Shown: positions 46,164 to 55,376 of the stretch, piece by piece
How the letters are laid out: each line of letters begins with the position of its first letter
How positions within the stretch are numbered: the stretch's first letter is position 1
NCBI GenBank assembly: GCA_035461905.1
Contig: DATHUV010000004.1
Location: 6,850-70,849 of the forward strand
DNA: 64,000 bases
Direction: 5' to 3'
DNA from: Acidimicrobiia bacterium
Lineage (GTDB): Bacteria; Actinomycetota; Acidimicrobiia; Spongiisociales; UBA5794
Notes under the pieces: model-generated
What the model was told of the DNA's origin: nothing
Seen by the model: the letters and a program-made list of their open reading frames with translations, nothing else
Databases searched by the model: none
Made by a program: the position numbers and the translations under genes

Positions 46164-47793
46164 CGACGATCTCCAATCCGGTCTCGACGAGGAGCGCCTC
46201 GTACTCGTCACCGAAGTACTGGAGGGTGCTCAGCACGGGATTCGGTGCGGATTGGCCGAGGCCACAGAGGCTGGTGTCACGCACGGTTGCGCACAACTGC
46301 TCGAGGTGCCTCAGGTCCTTGCGAGTCCCCACTCCGGACGTGATCCTGTGAAGGAGACCGTGGATCTGCACCGTACCGGCTCGACACGGTGTGCACTTGC
46401 CACAGCTCTCGTCCATGCAGAACTCCATGAAGTACTTCGCGACCTCTGGCATCTTGACCTTGTCATCCATGACGATGAGTCCACCGGAACCCATGATCGA
46501 TCCGAGCTCACGGAGGCTGTCGTAGTCGACGGGCGTGTCGAGGTACTCCTCGGGTATGCAACCCCCTGAGGGACCGCCCGTCTGGGCGGCCTTGAAGGTT
46601 CCGCCGTTGGGGATCCCTCCCCCGATGTCCTCGACGATGGTCCGGAGGGTGATCCCCATCGGCACCTCGATGAGCCCGATGTTCACCAGGTCCCCTGCAA
46701 GGGCGAACACCTTCGTTCCGGTGCTCGTCGGCGTCCCGATCGATGCAAACCACTCCGCCCCGCGGTTGATGATGGCCGGGATGTTCGCCAGGGTCTCGAC
46801 GTTGTTGATCATCGTCGGCTGACCCCACAGTCCGGCTTCAGTGGGATACGGAGGCCGGAGACGTGGTGTCCCGCGCCGCCCCTCGATCGATGCCATCAGA
46901 GCGGTCTCCTCACCACAGACGAAGGCCCCCGCACCGATGCGCACCTCGACCTCGAGGTCGAAGTCAGACTCGAGGATCTTCCTGCCGAGGAGCCGGTTGC
47001 GCCTCGCGACACGGATCGCCCGATCGAGTCGTTCCACGGCCCTCGGGTACTCGGCCCTCACGTAGATGTACGCCTTCGACGCCCCCGTCGCGTAGGCGGC
47101 GATGGCGATGCCCTCGATCACACGGTGGGGATCGTCCTCCATCACGGTCCGGTCCATGTAGGCACCGGGGTCCCCCTCGTCGCCGTTGGCGACCACGTAC
47201 TTCTCATCGCTCACAGCCTTTGCGAGCAGCGACCACTTGCTCCCCGCGGGGTACCCCGCGCCGCCACGACCCCGGATACCGGACGCGACGACCTCGGCGA
47301 CGACCTGTTCGGGTGTCATCTCCGTCAGGACCTTCGCAAGCGCTCGGTAGCCGCCGTGTGCGACGTATCCCTCGATCCGATCAGGGTCGATGATTCCGCC
47401 GTTCGCCAACACGATCCGCTCCTGGGCGGAGAAGAAGGGGATCGAGGTGTCGAGGACGTTCGTGTCGACGGGCTTGTGGTCCCGGATGTGGCTGCGGACG
47501 ATGTCGACGGCGACCTCCTCGTTCACCGCCTGGTACATCGTGTCCTCGCCGCCGCGGCGCAGGACCCGCACGAGCGGTCCCCTGCTGCACAGACCCATGC
47601 ATCCTGTCGGGATCACGACGGCATCAAGGGCGAGGTCCGAGGTCTCGACTGTGCGTTCGAGGGCCTGGACCGTGGCACCGGCTCCCGCCGAAAGGCATGC
47701 GGTCGAGGCGCACGCCTTGATGCGCCACGGGTACCGCATCCGAGCCTCGTGCTCGCGCTCTGCGACTTCGTGGAGGTCGATTGGCGCGGCCAT
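46156..47793 (-). CDS. hoxF: diaphorase subunit HoxF (NuoF-like NAD(P)H/FMN-binding, with N-terminal NuoE-like thioredoxin fold)
   Basis: NuoF motifs ([17 protein letters not shown], soluble-ligand-binding, C-terminal 4Fe-4S CGKCTPCR); 545 aa. Confidence 0.9.
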   Translation of the reverse strand: MAAPIDLHEVAEREHEARMRYPWRIKACASTACLSAGAGATVQALERTVETSDLALDAVVIPTGCMGLCSRGPLVRVLRRGGEDTMYQAVNEEVAVDIVRSHIRDHKPVDTNVLDTSIPFFSAQERIVLANGGIIDPDRIEGYVAHGGYRALAKVLTEMTPEQVVAEVVASGIRGRGGAGYPAGSKWSLLAKAVSDEKYVVANGDEGDPGAYMDRTVMEDDPHRVIEGIAIAAYATGASKAYIYVRAEYPRAVERLDRAIRVARRNRLLGRKILESDFDLEVEVRIGAGAFVCGEETALMASIEGRRGTPRLRPPYPTEAGLWGQPTMINNVETLANIPAIINRGAEWFASIGTPTSTGTKVFALAGDLVNIGLIEVPMGITLRTIVEDIGGGIPNGGTFKAAQTGGPSGGCIPEEYLDTPVDYDSLRELGSIMGSGGLIVMDDKVKMPEVAKYFMEFCMDESCGKCTPCRAGTVQIHGLLHRITSGVGTRKDLRHLEQLCATVRDTSLCGLGQSAPNPVLSTLQYFGDEYEALLVETGLEIVDA

Positions 47794-48386
47794 CAGGCGT
47801 CGGTCCCTTCCGCAGCACCCACAGCGACGGGCCCTGCCGAGAGGGCCGTGACCAGCGCGGCGAGCACCGTGTCAGCGTCGTCGCGTGCCCGCACCTCACC
47901 ATCGATGAGAACGACGGGGGCGAGGCCGCACGAACCGAGGCAGCGAGCCGTCTTGAGGGTCAGGGTGCCGTCGTCCGTGGTCGCGCCCGCGACGATGCCG
48001 TACCCCGTCGAGACGGCCCGAACGATGTCCTCAGCACCTTTGACGAAGCATGCCGTACCGGTGCACACGGTGCACGTGTGGTCGCCAGGTGGATCGAACG
48101 TGAATAGCTGGTAGAAGGTCGCGACACCGAAGACCATGGAGGGAGGGAGCCGGAGGGCCCTCGCAACGTAGGTCAGGATCCCTTCGTCGAGAAACCCGAA
48201 GACGTCCTGGGCGACATGGAGCGTCTCGATGAGTTGGTCCTGGGCGTACCGCGTCCGCTTGAGGTGCTTGTCGACGACGTTGAACCGATCGTCGCCGGAC
48301 GGGTGCGGATCATCACGGCCAGGCCGGCCGCCAGCGGACGATCGGGCGTGGGTGTCGGATGTCGTGGAGTCGGTCATGGTTCCCAC
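47793..48386 (-). CDS. hoxE: diaphorase subunit HoxE (NuoE-like 2Fe-2S thioredoxin-like ferredoxin)
   Basis: NuoE-type Cys motifs (CxxxxC...CxxxC: [11 protein letters not shown] ... CLGSCGLAP). GTG start at 48386 preceded by TAAGGAAA; ATGA-type overlap with hoxF. Confidence 0.8.
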   Translation of the reverse strand: MGTMTDSTTSDTHARSSAGGRPGRDDPHPSGDDRFNVVDKHLKRTRYAQDQLIETLHVAQDVFGFLDEGILTYVARALRLPPSMVFGVATFYQLFTFDPPGDHTCTVCTGTACFVKGAEDIVRAVSTGYGIVAGATTDDGTLTLKTARCLGSCGLAPVVLIDGEVRARDDADTVLAALVTALSAGPVAVGAAEGTDA

Positions 48387-48397
48387 ATCGGCTATTT

Positions 48398-48416
48398 CCT
48401 TAGAATACCACTAAGG
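48398..48416. promoter_or_regulatory. perfect inverted repeat CCTTAG-aatacca-CTAAGG overlapping the predicted hoxE Shine-Dalgarno, in an AT-richer promoter region (48387-48512)
   Basis: Directly visible. On the hox mRNA the hairpin would pair the SD sequence UAAGGA. Confidence 0.3.
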
Positions 48417-48512
48417 ATCTCACTCTTGTTCGAGTTTGCCTGACGGCAATGTCGATCGTAGCGGCATCGATCCTCAGGCTGCGGGGCACCACCGACCGAT
48501 AGCCTCCGGGCG

Positions 48513-50258
48513 ATGCACCTGCTCAGCCTCGAGGGGATCTCGAAGTCGTATCCGGAGACCCCGGTCCTCGACCGGGTTTCGCTCGGAATCTCGAGTGGCG
48601 AGCACATCGGCGTGATCGGTCGGAACGGGTCGGGGAAGTCGACCTTGCTGCGCATCATTGCGGGTCTCGAGGAACCAGACGGTGGATCGATCGTACGGGC
48701 ACGTGGCCTCCGGGTGGCGGTGCTCGATCAGGATCCGAAGTTCGGGGAAGCAGAGACCGTAGGGCATGTCCTCGGGAATCATCGACCCTCCATCGCGCTG
48801 GCGGATCGGCTGGGTCTCGGCGATCCAGAAGCCGCGTGCGAGTCGCTGTCGGGAGGTCAGCGGAAGCGTCTCGCCCTGGCCCAGGCCCTCGCGACCGAGT
48901 GCGACGTGTTGATCCTCGACGAGCCGACGAACCATCTCGACGTCGACATCATCGACTGGCTCGAGGACCATCTCGCGTCCCGGTCCGAGGCGCTCCTGCT
49001 CGTGACCCACGACAGATACCTCCTCGACCAGGTGGCAACGAGAATCGTCGAGGTCCACGACGAGACCCTGTACCCCCATCAGGGAACATACGAGGAGTAT
49101 CTCGAGGAGGTCGCCGCCAGGAGCGAGCGGGAAGCGGCGAGCGAGCACAAGCGCCAGCAGAGGATCCGAACCGAGCTCGAGTGGCTCCGCCGCTCCCCCA
49201 AGGCACGCACGTCGAAGTCGAGATCACGCATCCAGCAGGCCGAAGCACTGATGGGCCAGCAGCGCCGGAGACAGCGCGGTGACCTCGACATCGGACTGCC
49301 GTCGCGAAGGATCGGCTCGAAGGTGGTCAACCTCCACAACGTCGGCAAGCAGTACCACGGCCGATGGGTGCTCCGGCACGTCGAGCACAAGCTCCAACCA
49401 GACGCCCGCATCGGTCTGGTCGGGCCCAACGGTGCAGGCAAGACCACCCTGCTCAGCCTCATTGCAGGACGAATCGAACCCGACGAGGGCACCGTCGCGG
49501 TGGGGACCACGATCCACCACGGCTGGTACGGCCAGGATCCACGTGCGATACCCCCGACGACCCGCGTCATCGACGCCGTCCGTGAACACCTCGACGAAGT
49601 GCGCCTCTCGAGCGGTGTCAAGGTCTCTGGTGCCCAGATGCTGGAGCGATTCCAGTTCACCAGGGATCAGCAGCGCTCCACCGTCGGAGACCTCTCAGGC
49701 GGGGAGCGACGGAGGTTGGAGCTGCTGCTCAGCCTCATGGAGGCCCCGAACCTCCTGCTGCTGGACGAGCCGACGAACGACCTCGACATCGACACCCTCG
49801 AGGTGCTCGAGGAGTACCTCGATGCGTGGGACGGTGCGCTCGTGGTGGCAAGCCACGATCGCTACTTCCTCGACAGGGTGTGTGACGACATCTTCTCCAT
49901 CGAACCGGACGGGACGGTCCGCCACCATCCGGGCGGCTGGTCGGCGTATCGGGCGGAAACGGCACGCCGATCGACCACAACCTCGTCGCCAACCGTGAAC
50001 CGCCAGTCGAAGCAGAAGCAGGCGAAGCGCAAGCTGTCGTTCGAAGACCAGCGCGAACTCGAGACGTTGACCAGGGAGATCCCGAGGCTCGAACAACGGC
50101 GTGCCGAGCTCACTTCGACACTCGAAGACGCCGCTGGCGACTACCCACGAACGGTCGAACTGTCGAGCGAACTCGCCGGAGTGATCGCAGCCATCGACGC
50201 CTCCGAGACGAGGTGGCTCGAACTCACGGAGGAGTCCGAGCGTCTCTCGTCACAATGA
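48513..50258 (+). CDS. ABC-F family ATPase (tandem ABC domains, no TMD; Uup/EttA-like)
   Basis: Two Walker A motifs (GRNGSGKST, GPNGAGKTT), two LSGGQ-like signatures, an inter-domain linker, and a C-terminal coiled-coil/charged tail. Confidence 0.85.
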   Translation: MHLLSLEGISKSYPETPVLDRVSLGISSGEHIGVIGRNGSGKSTLLRIIAGLEEPDGGSIVRARGLRVAVLDQDPKFGEAETVGHVLGNHRPSIALADRLGLGDPEAACESLSGGQRKRLALAQALATECDVLILDEPTNHLDVDIIDWLEDHLASRSEALLLVTHDRYLLDQVATRIVEVHDETLYPHQGTYEEYLEEVAARSEREAASEHKRQQRIRTELEWLRRSPKARTSKSRSRIQQAEALMGQQRRRQRGDLDIGLPSRRIGSKVVNLHNVGKQYHGRWVLRHVEHKLQPDARIGLVGPNGAGKTTLLSLIAGRIEPDEGTVAVGTTIHHGWYGQDPRAIPPTTRVIDAVREHLDEVRLSSGVKVSGAQMLERFQFTRDQQRSTVGDLSGGERRRLELLLSLMEAPNLLLLDEPTNDLDIDTLEVLEEYLDAWDGALVVASHDRYFLDRVCDDIFSIEPDGTVRHHPGGWSAYRAETARRSTTTSSPTVNRQSKQKQAKRKLSFEDQRELETLTREIPRLEQRRAELTSTLEDAAGDYPRTVELSSELAGVIAAIDASETRWLELTEESERLSSQ

Positions 50259-50384
50259 GGACACTGCGCTGGCGAGATTGACGTGTAACGATGTCAGACC
50301 TCATCCGTCTGTATCCGTGGGCTGGTGGAGCTCGGAAGGCACCTCTCGCACAGGGAGACAACATCCGCGGGATGAGAGGTTGAC

Positions 50385-50903
50385 ATGAGACGGCTATTCA
50401 TCGTGGCACTTGCCGCGACACTCGTCGGTTCGGCAGTGGGCACCGCCCTCGCCGAGGACGAGGGCACCGAGGGCGACGGCACCGAGAGCACCGTCCTCTC
50501 CGAAGCACAGATGTGGAAGGCGCGGATGATCGCCGACTACTTCATCCCAGAACCCACCGACGAGGACGCTTCCGAAGCCGAGACCGGTGACGACCCCCTG
50601 GTTGACGAGATCGTCGAGGCCCGTACGGGGGAGCCCGCCATCGGATGGGGCGCCCTCTACAAGGTCATGCAGCTGTGGGTCGCTACAGGTGGCGAGGACC
50701 AGACCCTGACCGACTTCATCGGCATGCTGGAAGAAGATGGCGGGTGGGCCTTCGGACAGCGCTTCAAGGCGCTCGATGACGACCAGAGGACGAAGCTCGA
50801 GGAAGCCGACCTCCCGAGGAACCTCGGTCAGGCGCAGAAACAGGCCAAGGCCGAGGAACGCGCGCTGAAGAAGGCGAACGACAAGAAGAACAACGACGAC
50901 TGA
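50385..50903 (+). CDS. hypothetical secreted acidic protein with Lys-rich C-terminal tail
   Basis: Signal peptide (MRRLFIVALAATLVGSAVGTALA), non-repetitive sequence; function unknown. Confidence 0.5.
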   Translation: MRRLFIVALAATLVGSAVGTALAEDEGTEGDGTESTVLSEAQMWKARMIADYFIPEPTDEDASEAETGDDPLVDEIVEARTGEPAIGWGALYKVMQLWVATGGEDQTLTDFIGMLEEDGGWAFGQRFKALDDDQRTKLEEADLPRNLGQAQKQAKAEERALKKANDKKNNDD

Positions 50904-50998
50904 CACAACCCCTCGAACCCGGGGTGGGACCGTCCGGACCCGTCACCCGTGAGGGTGGCGGGTTCGACGCGTCGGGCCCGGCTTCCCGGCTGTGGTCA

Positions 50999-52144
50999 CT
51001 ACACGCCGAGGCCGCGGCCGATGATCTCCTTCATGATCTCGGTGGTGCCGCCGTAGATCGTCTGCACCCTGGCGTCGAGGTACGCCCTGGCGATGGGGTA
51101 CTCCATCATGTAGCCGTAGCCGCCGTGCATCTGGACACCCATGTCGACCACCCGCTTGAGCATCTCAGTGGTCCACCATTTGGCCTCGGCCGCCTGCTCG
51201 ATCGTGAGGCGCCCCTGCGCGTGTTCGTCGAGCAGCCGATCGATGAACGCCTGGCCGATGTCGACCTCCGTCTTGGCTTCTGCGAGCTTGAACCGGTTGT
51301 GCTGGAAGCTCCCGATCGGGCGACCGAACGCTTGGCGCTCCTTCGCGTAGTCGATCGTCAGTTGGAGGGCGGCGGCGGCGCCCGCCACGGCGCCGACGGC
51401 GATCGAGAGTCGCTCCTGGGGCAGGTTGTTCACGAGCTGGAAGAATCCCGCGCCCTCCTCGCCGAGCCGGTTGCCAACGGGCACTGCGACGTCGTTGAAG
51501 AAGAGCTCGGCGGTGTCCTGTGCGTGCAGGCCCATCTTGTCGAGGTTCCGGCCCCGCTCGAACCCGACCATGGCGTCCTCGACGACGAGCAGGGTGAGGC
51601 CGGCGTGCGGATCGTCCGAGGTCCTCGTGACGACGATGACGAGATCGGCATTGATCCCGTTCGTGATGAACGTCTTGGATCCGTTGACGACGTAGGTGTC
51701 ACCGTCGCGCCGTGCAGAGGTCGCGATTCCGGCGAGGTCAGAGCCCGTGCCGGGCTCGGTCATCGCAATCGCGGTCATGAGGGTGCCGTCGACCATCCCG
51801 GGGAGCCATCGATGCTTCTGGTCGTCCGAGCCGTACGACACGAAGTACGGGAGGCACACGTCGTTGTGGAGCGTCACGCACATGCCCGACGCTCCCCCGC
51901 CGCCGCCCACGAACACCTCGTCGATGATGGCGTTGAAACGGAAGTCGTCGACCCCGCCCCCGCCGAACTCCTCGGGAACCGCCATACCCAGTAGGCCGGC
52001 TCGACCGGCTTCACGGAACATCGACTTGTCCACGATGCCGTTGGCCTCCCACCGTTCGCTGTGTGGCAGGATCTCCCTCTCCAGGAAGTGCTGCACTGAT
52101 TCGCGGAACAGGTCGTGCTCGGCGCTGAACCCGATTCGCTGCAT
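50999..52144 (-). CDS. acyl-CoA dehydrogenase
   Basis: ACAD fold motifs (MTEPGTGSD, FITNG, catalytic C-terminal YGGTTEIMKEIIGR). Start at MQRIGF; the listed ORF is extended upstream. Confidence 0.85.
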   Translation of the reverse strand: MQRIGFSAEHDLFRESVQHFLEREILPHSERWEANGIVDKSMFREAGRAGLLGMAVPEEFGGGGVDDFRFNAIIDEVFVGGGGGASGMCVTLHNDVCLPYFVSYGSDDQKHRWLPGMVDGTLMTAIAMTEPGTGSDLAGIATSARRDGDTYVVNGSKTFITNGINADLVIVVTRTSDDPHAGLTLLVVEDAMVGFERGRNLDKMGLHAQDTAELFFNDVAVPVGNRLGEEGAGFFQLVNNLPQERLSIAVGAVAGAAAALQLTIDYAKERQAFGRPIGSFQHNRFKLAEAKTEVDIGQAFIDRLLDEHAQGRLTIEQAAEAKWWTTEMLKRVVDMGVQMHGGYGYMMEYPIARAYLDARVQTIYGGTTEIMKEIIGRGLGV

Positions 52145-52262
52145 GTCGTTCGGTCTCCAAGATCGCGTCCGGCGACGGTACCCCAACGCGGGGAAACACC
52201 CCACCGCTCGTGTACGTGCGTCGTGCGACTAGCTTCTCGCGCATTGACCGCTAGGGGGCAAC

Positions 52263-52601
52263 GTGGCCGAAGGTGACGCAATGAACATGCCGGACGGCAG
52301 GGACCTGCTTCGGGGAATGGGTTGGATCCCGTTGCCGTTCAGCTGCCTCGGTCTCACCCGCAAGACCGGCGTGACGTCGAACGCTTCGCTGTGGTCGTGG
52401 CTGATCCTGATCCCGTGGTCATCGGACGGAAAGCCGTGGATCGATGGCACCGAGATCGTGCCGGCCTCGACGAAGGACGATGCCGCCGAGCGTGACCTCA
52501 TCATCGCCAAGATGCGCACGATCCTCGACGATCGCTATGGCGACGATGTCGCACGGAGCGCAGTCGATGACCTGATCTCCGAGATCCTCGAGGAGTCCTG
52601 A
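52263..52601 (+). CDS. hypothetical protein (112 aa)
   Basis: ORF with a plausible non-shadow composition upstream of the beta-helix protein gene; no motif recognised. Confidence 0.3.
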   Translation: MAEGDAMNMPDGRDLLRGMGWIPLPFSCLGLTRKTGVTSNASLWSWLILIPWSSDGKPWIDGTEIVPASTKDDAAERDLIIAKMRTILDDRYGDDVARSAVDDLISEILEES

Positions 52602-52669
52602 CTGATCGGGAAGGGTCTCCCGGGCACGGCAGGGGATCTTGCGCGAGAACCCCGTGAAGGTTCCCCCTG

Positions 52670-54550
52670 GTGCTGCCGATACCTGTCCGGGTGAGGTTCC
52701 CACCGCACTCGCGCACGGCGACGAGGTCCGGCAGACTCGTTCGCCGCGCCCTCTTGCCTGCGTGCCTCCTCGGAGGGGCGCTGGTGACCACGGCTGCGTT
52801 CGCGGGACCCGTGTACCCACCCGCCGGCAACCCCGACGGTGTGGCTCCGGTACCTGCCGAGGCCGCAGCAGTCGACACTTCGAACCCGGATCGGGTCATC
52901 GGCACCGGAAGCGCCCCCTCGTGCACCTCCCAAGCGGTCGTCGACGCGGTCGCCCTCGGCGGCGTGATCACGTTTGACTGCGGGCCGGACCCTGTCACGA
53001 TCGACATGCACGCCACGGCGAAGGTCGTCAACAACGCGAACCAACGCGTCGTGCTCGACGGTGGCGGCAAGGTCACGTTGAATGGTCGGGACACCCACCG
53101 CATCCTCTACATGAACACGTGCGATCCGAACCAGGTGTGGACGACCTCGCATTGCCAGAACCAGGACCACCCGGAGCTCACCGTTCAGAACCTCACCTTC
53201 ATCAACGGGAACTCCAAGAACGAGCACCTGTACGACGGTGGCGGTGCGATCTGGGTGCGAGGCGGCAGGTTCAAGATCGTCAACTCGAGGTTCTTCAACA
53301 ACGTGTGCGCAGATGTGGGATCCGACGTCGGCGGTGGCGCGGTGCGGGTCTTCAGCCAGTACGAGGGCAGGCCAGTGTTCGTCGTCAACTCGACCTTCGG
53401 CGGGGCACCGGGACTCGGCAACGTCTGCTCGAACGGCGGGGCGCTGTCGAGCATCGGGGTCTCGTGGACGATCATCAACAGCGTCATCTCCGACAACGAC
53501 ACGACCGGCTGGGGGGCGAATCCCGCAAAGCCCGGGACACCCGGCGGGGGCAACGGCGGGGGCATCGCCCTCGACGGCAACACCTACACACTGCGGCTGC
53601 TCGACACGAGGATGGAGCGCAATCACGCGCGGGCCGGTGGGGGTGCAGTCTTCTACGTGTCGAACAACCGAACGGGCGAGTTGTACGTCCACGACTCGTA
53701 CATCGTCGCGAACCCATCTGATGACTTCGAGACGAGGGAATACCCCGGCTTCTTCATCATCGCCAGGACCGGATTCCCGGTCGTGACGAACAGCGTCATC
53801 TCGAAGACGCATCCCATGACCTACACAGGAGTTCCCGGTGGCGACAGCTTCGGGTTCGTCGATCCGACCTCGGGGCGCTGGACACTGACGGACGTCGAGG
53901 GCGACCAGCGGTCCTTCTACTATGGCAATCCTTCCGACCACCCGTTCCTCGGCGACTGGAACTGCGACGGTACGGACACGCCGGGCCTGTACCGCCGATC
54001 CGACGGATACGTGTACCTGCGGAACGCCAACTCCCAAGGCGTCGCCGACGTCACGTTCTTCTTCGGGGACCCAGGGGACATTCCGCTCGCGGGCGACTTC
54101 AACGGTGACGGCTGTGACACCGTTGGGCTGTACCGACCGTCCGAAGGCAGGTTCTACGTCATCGACCAGCTCGGATCATCTGATGCGGGCCTCGGTCCTG
54201 CGACGACGAGCTACCTCTTCGGTGATCTCGGCGACATCCCCTTCTCCGGGGACTTCGACGGCGACAGCATCGACACCTTCGGCCTCTACAGGACGGGGAC
54301 GGGCCTGGTGTACTTCCGTAACGCCCACACCCAGGGCGTCGCCCACGATGACTTCATCTTCGGCGATCCCGGGGACCTGTTCATCTCCGGCGACTGGAGC
54401 GCGAACGGACAGTCTTCGCCAGGGGTGTTCCGCCCAACGACACTCACCCTCTACCTCCGGCACCACAACGCCGAAGGAAACGCCGACGCGGTCATCGGCG
54501 TCCCCGCCGCGAACCTCGTTCCGGTCGCGGGATTCGTCGGCGACCTGTGA
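52670..54550 (+). CDS. secreted protein: signal peptide, right-handed parallel beta-helix (pectin-lyase-like) domain, then a C-terminal 5-repeat FG-GAP-like module paralogous to the C-terminus of the 32854..34707 protein
   Basis: Arg-rich signal n-region plus hydrophobic core ending AFA. Gly/Asn-rich beta-helix-like repeats (GGGAIWVRGG, GGGAVRVFS, GGGIALDGN). C-terminal module ~65% identical to the other protein. Confidence 0.7.
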   Translation: MLPIPVRVRFPPHSRTATRSGRLVRRALLPACLLGGALVTTAAFAGPVYPPAGNPDGVAPVPAEAAAVDTSNPDRVIGTGSAPSCTSQAVVDAVALGGVITFDCGPDPVTIDMHATAKVVNNANQRVVLDGGGKVTLNGRDTHRILYMNTCDPNQVWTTSHCQNQDHPELTVQNLTFINGNSKNEHLYDGGGAIWVRGGRFKIVNSRFFNNVCADVGSDVGGGAVRVFSQYEGRPVFVVNSTFGGAPGLGNVCSNGGALSSIGVSWTIINSVISDNDTTGWGANPAKPGTPGGGNGGGIALDGNTYTLRLLDTRMERNHARAGGGAVFYVSNNRTGELYVHDSYIVANPSDDFETREYPGFFIIARTGFPVVTNSVISKTHPMTYTGVPGGDSFGFVDPTSGRWTLTDVEGDQRSFYYGNPSDHPFLGDWNCDGTDTPGLYRRSDGYVYLRNANSQGVADVTFFFGDPGDIPLAGDFNGDGCDTVGLYRPSEGRFYVIDQLGSSDAGLGPATTSYLFGDLGDIPFSGDFDGDSIDTFGLYRTGTGLVYFRNAHTQGVAHDDFIFGDPGDLFISGDWSANGQSSPGVFRPTTLTLYLRHHNAEGNADAVIGVPAANLVPVAGFVGDL

Positions 54551-54581
54551 ACGGCTGATCGGTATCAGCTAGGTTTGGGGT

Positions 54582-55373
54582 ATGACGCTCGATGTCATCG
54601 TCACCCGTGCACGTGGTGGTACGGCGACGAAGCCGCCGCTTGTCTTCGTCCACGGAGCGTGGCATGGCGCGTGGTGTTGGACCGAGCACTTCACGGAATG
54701 GTTCGCCGATCGCGGCTACACCTCGTACGCCATTGATCTGCGGGGTCACGGCGACTCCGACGGAGACCTGAGGTCGTCGAGGATCGCCCACTACGTAGCG
54801 GATCTCCGAAAGGTCGTGACCCACCTCGACGACGACCCCATCCTCGTCGGCCATTCGATGGGTGGCTTCGTCGTCCAGCACTACATGAGCATCTACCCGG
54901 TGCGCGCCAGCGTGCTCATCGCGCCGGTTCCGGTGACAGGGGTGATCGGCGCGACCATGCGGGTCGCGGCCCGGCATCCGTTGGCGTTCCTCAAGACGAA
55001 CGCGACCCTCTCCCTCGGACCCATCGTCGAGGACCCCCAGCGCGCTCGATCTCTCCTCTTCGGTGCGAGCATCGATGACGACGTCGCCCTCGGATATGCG
55101 AAACGGGTGCAGTCAGAGTCGTACATCGCGTATCTCGAGATGATTGCGGACCTCCCGAAGCGGTCCAAGGTGATCAACCCCGTGCTGGTGATCGGCGGCA
55201 CCGAGGACGCGCTCTTCTCGACTCCGGAGCTGCGCCTCACGGCAGCCGCATATGAGGCCGAACTCACCATGATCGAGGGGGCAGGCCACAACGTGATGCT
55301 CGACGTCGGTTGGGAATCGGCTGCGCGACGCATCGATGCCTGGCTCGGAGGTCTGCGCACCGTCAACGGATGA
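54582..55373 (+). CDS. alpha/beta-fold hydrolase
   Basis: Nucleophile elbow GHSMGG; HG oxyanion motif (VFVHGAWHG); catalytic His near the C-terminus (GAGHNVML). Confidence 0.8.
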   Translation: MTLDVIVTRARGGTATKPPLVFVHGAWHGAWCWTEHFTEWFADRGYTSYAIDLRGHGDSDGDLRSSRIAHYVADLRKVVTHLDDDPILVGHSMGGFVVQHYMSIYPVRASVLIAPVPVTGVIGATMRVAARHPLAFLKTNATLSLGPIVEDPQRARSLLFGASIDDDVALGYAKRVQSESYIAYLEMIADLPKRSKVINPVLVIGGTEDALFSTPELRLTAAAYEAELTMIEGAGHNVMLDVGWESAARRIDAWLGGLRTVNG

Positions 55374-55376
55374 CAA

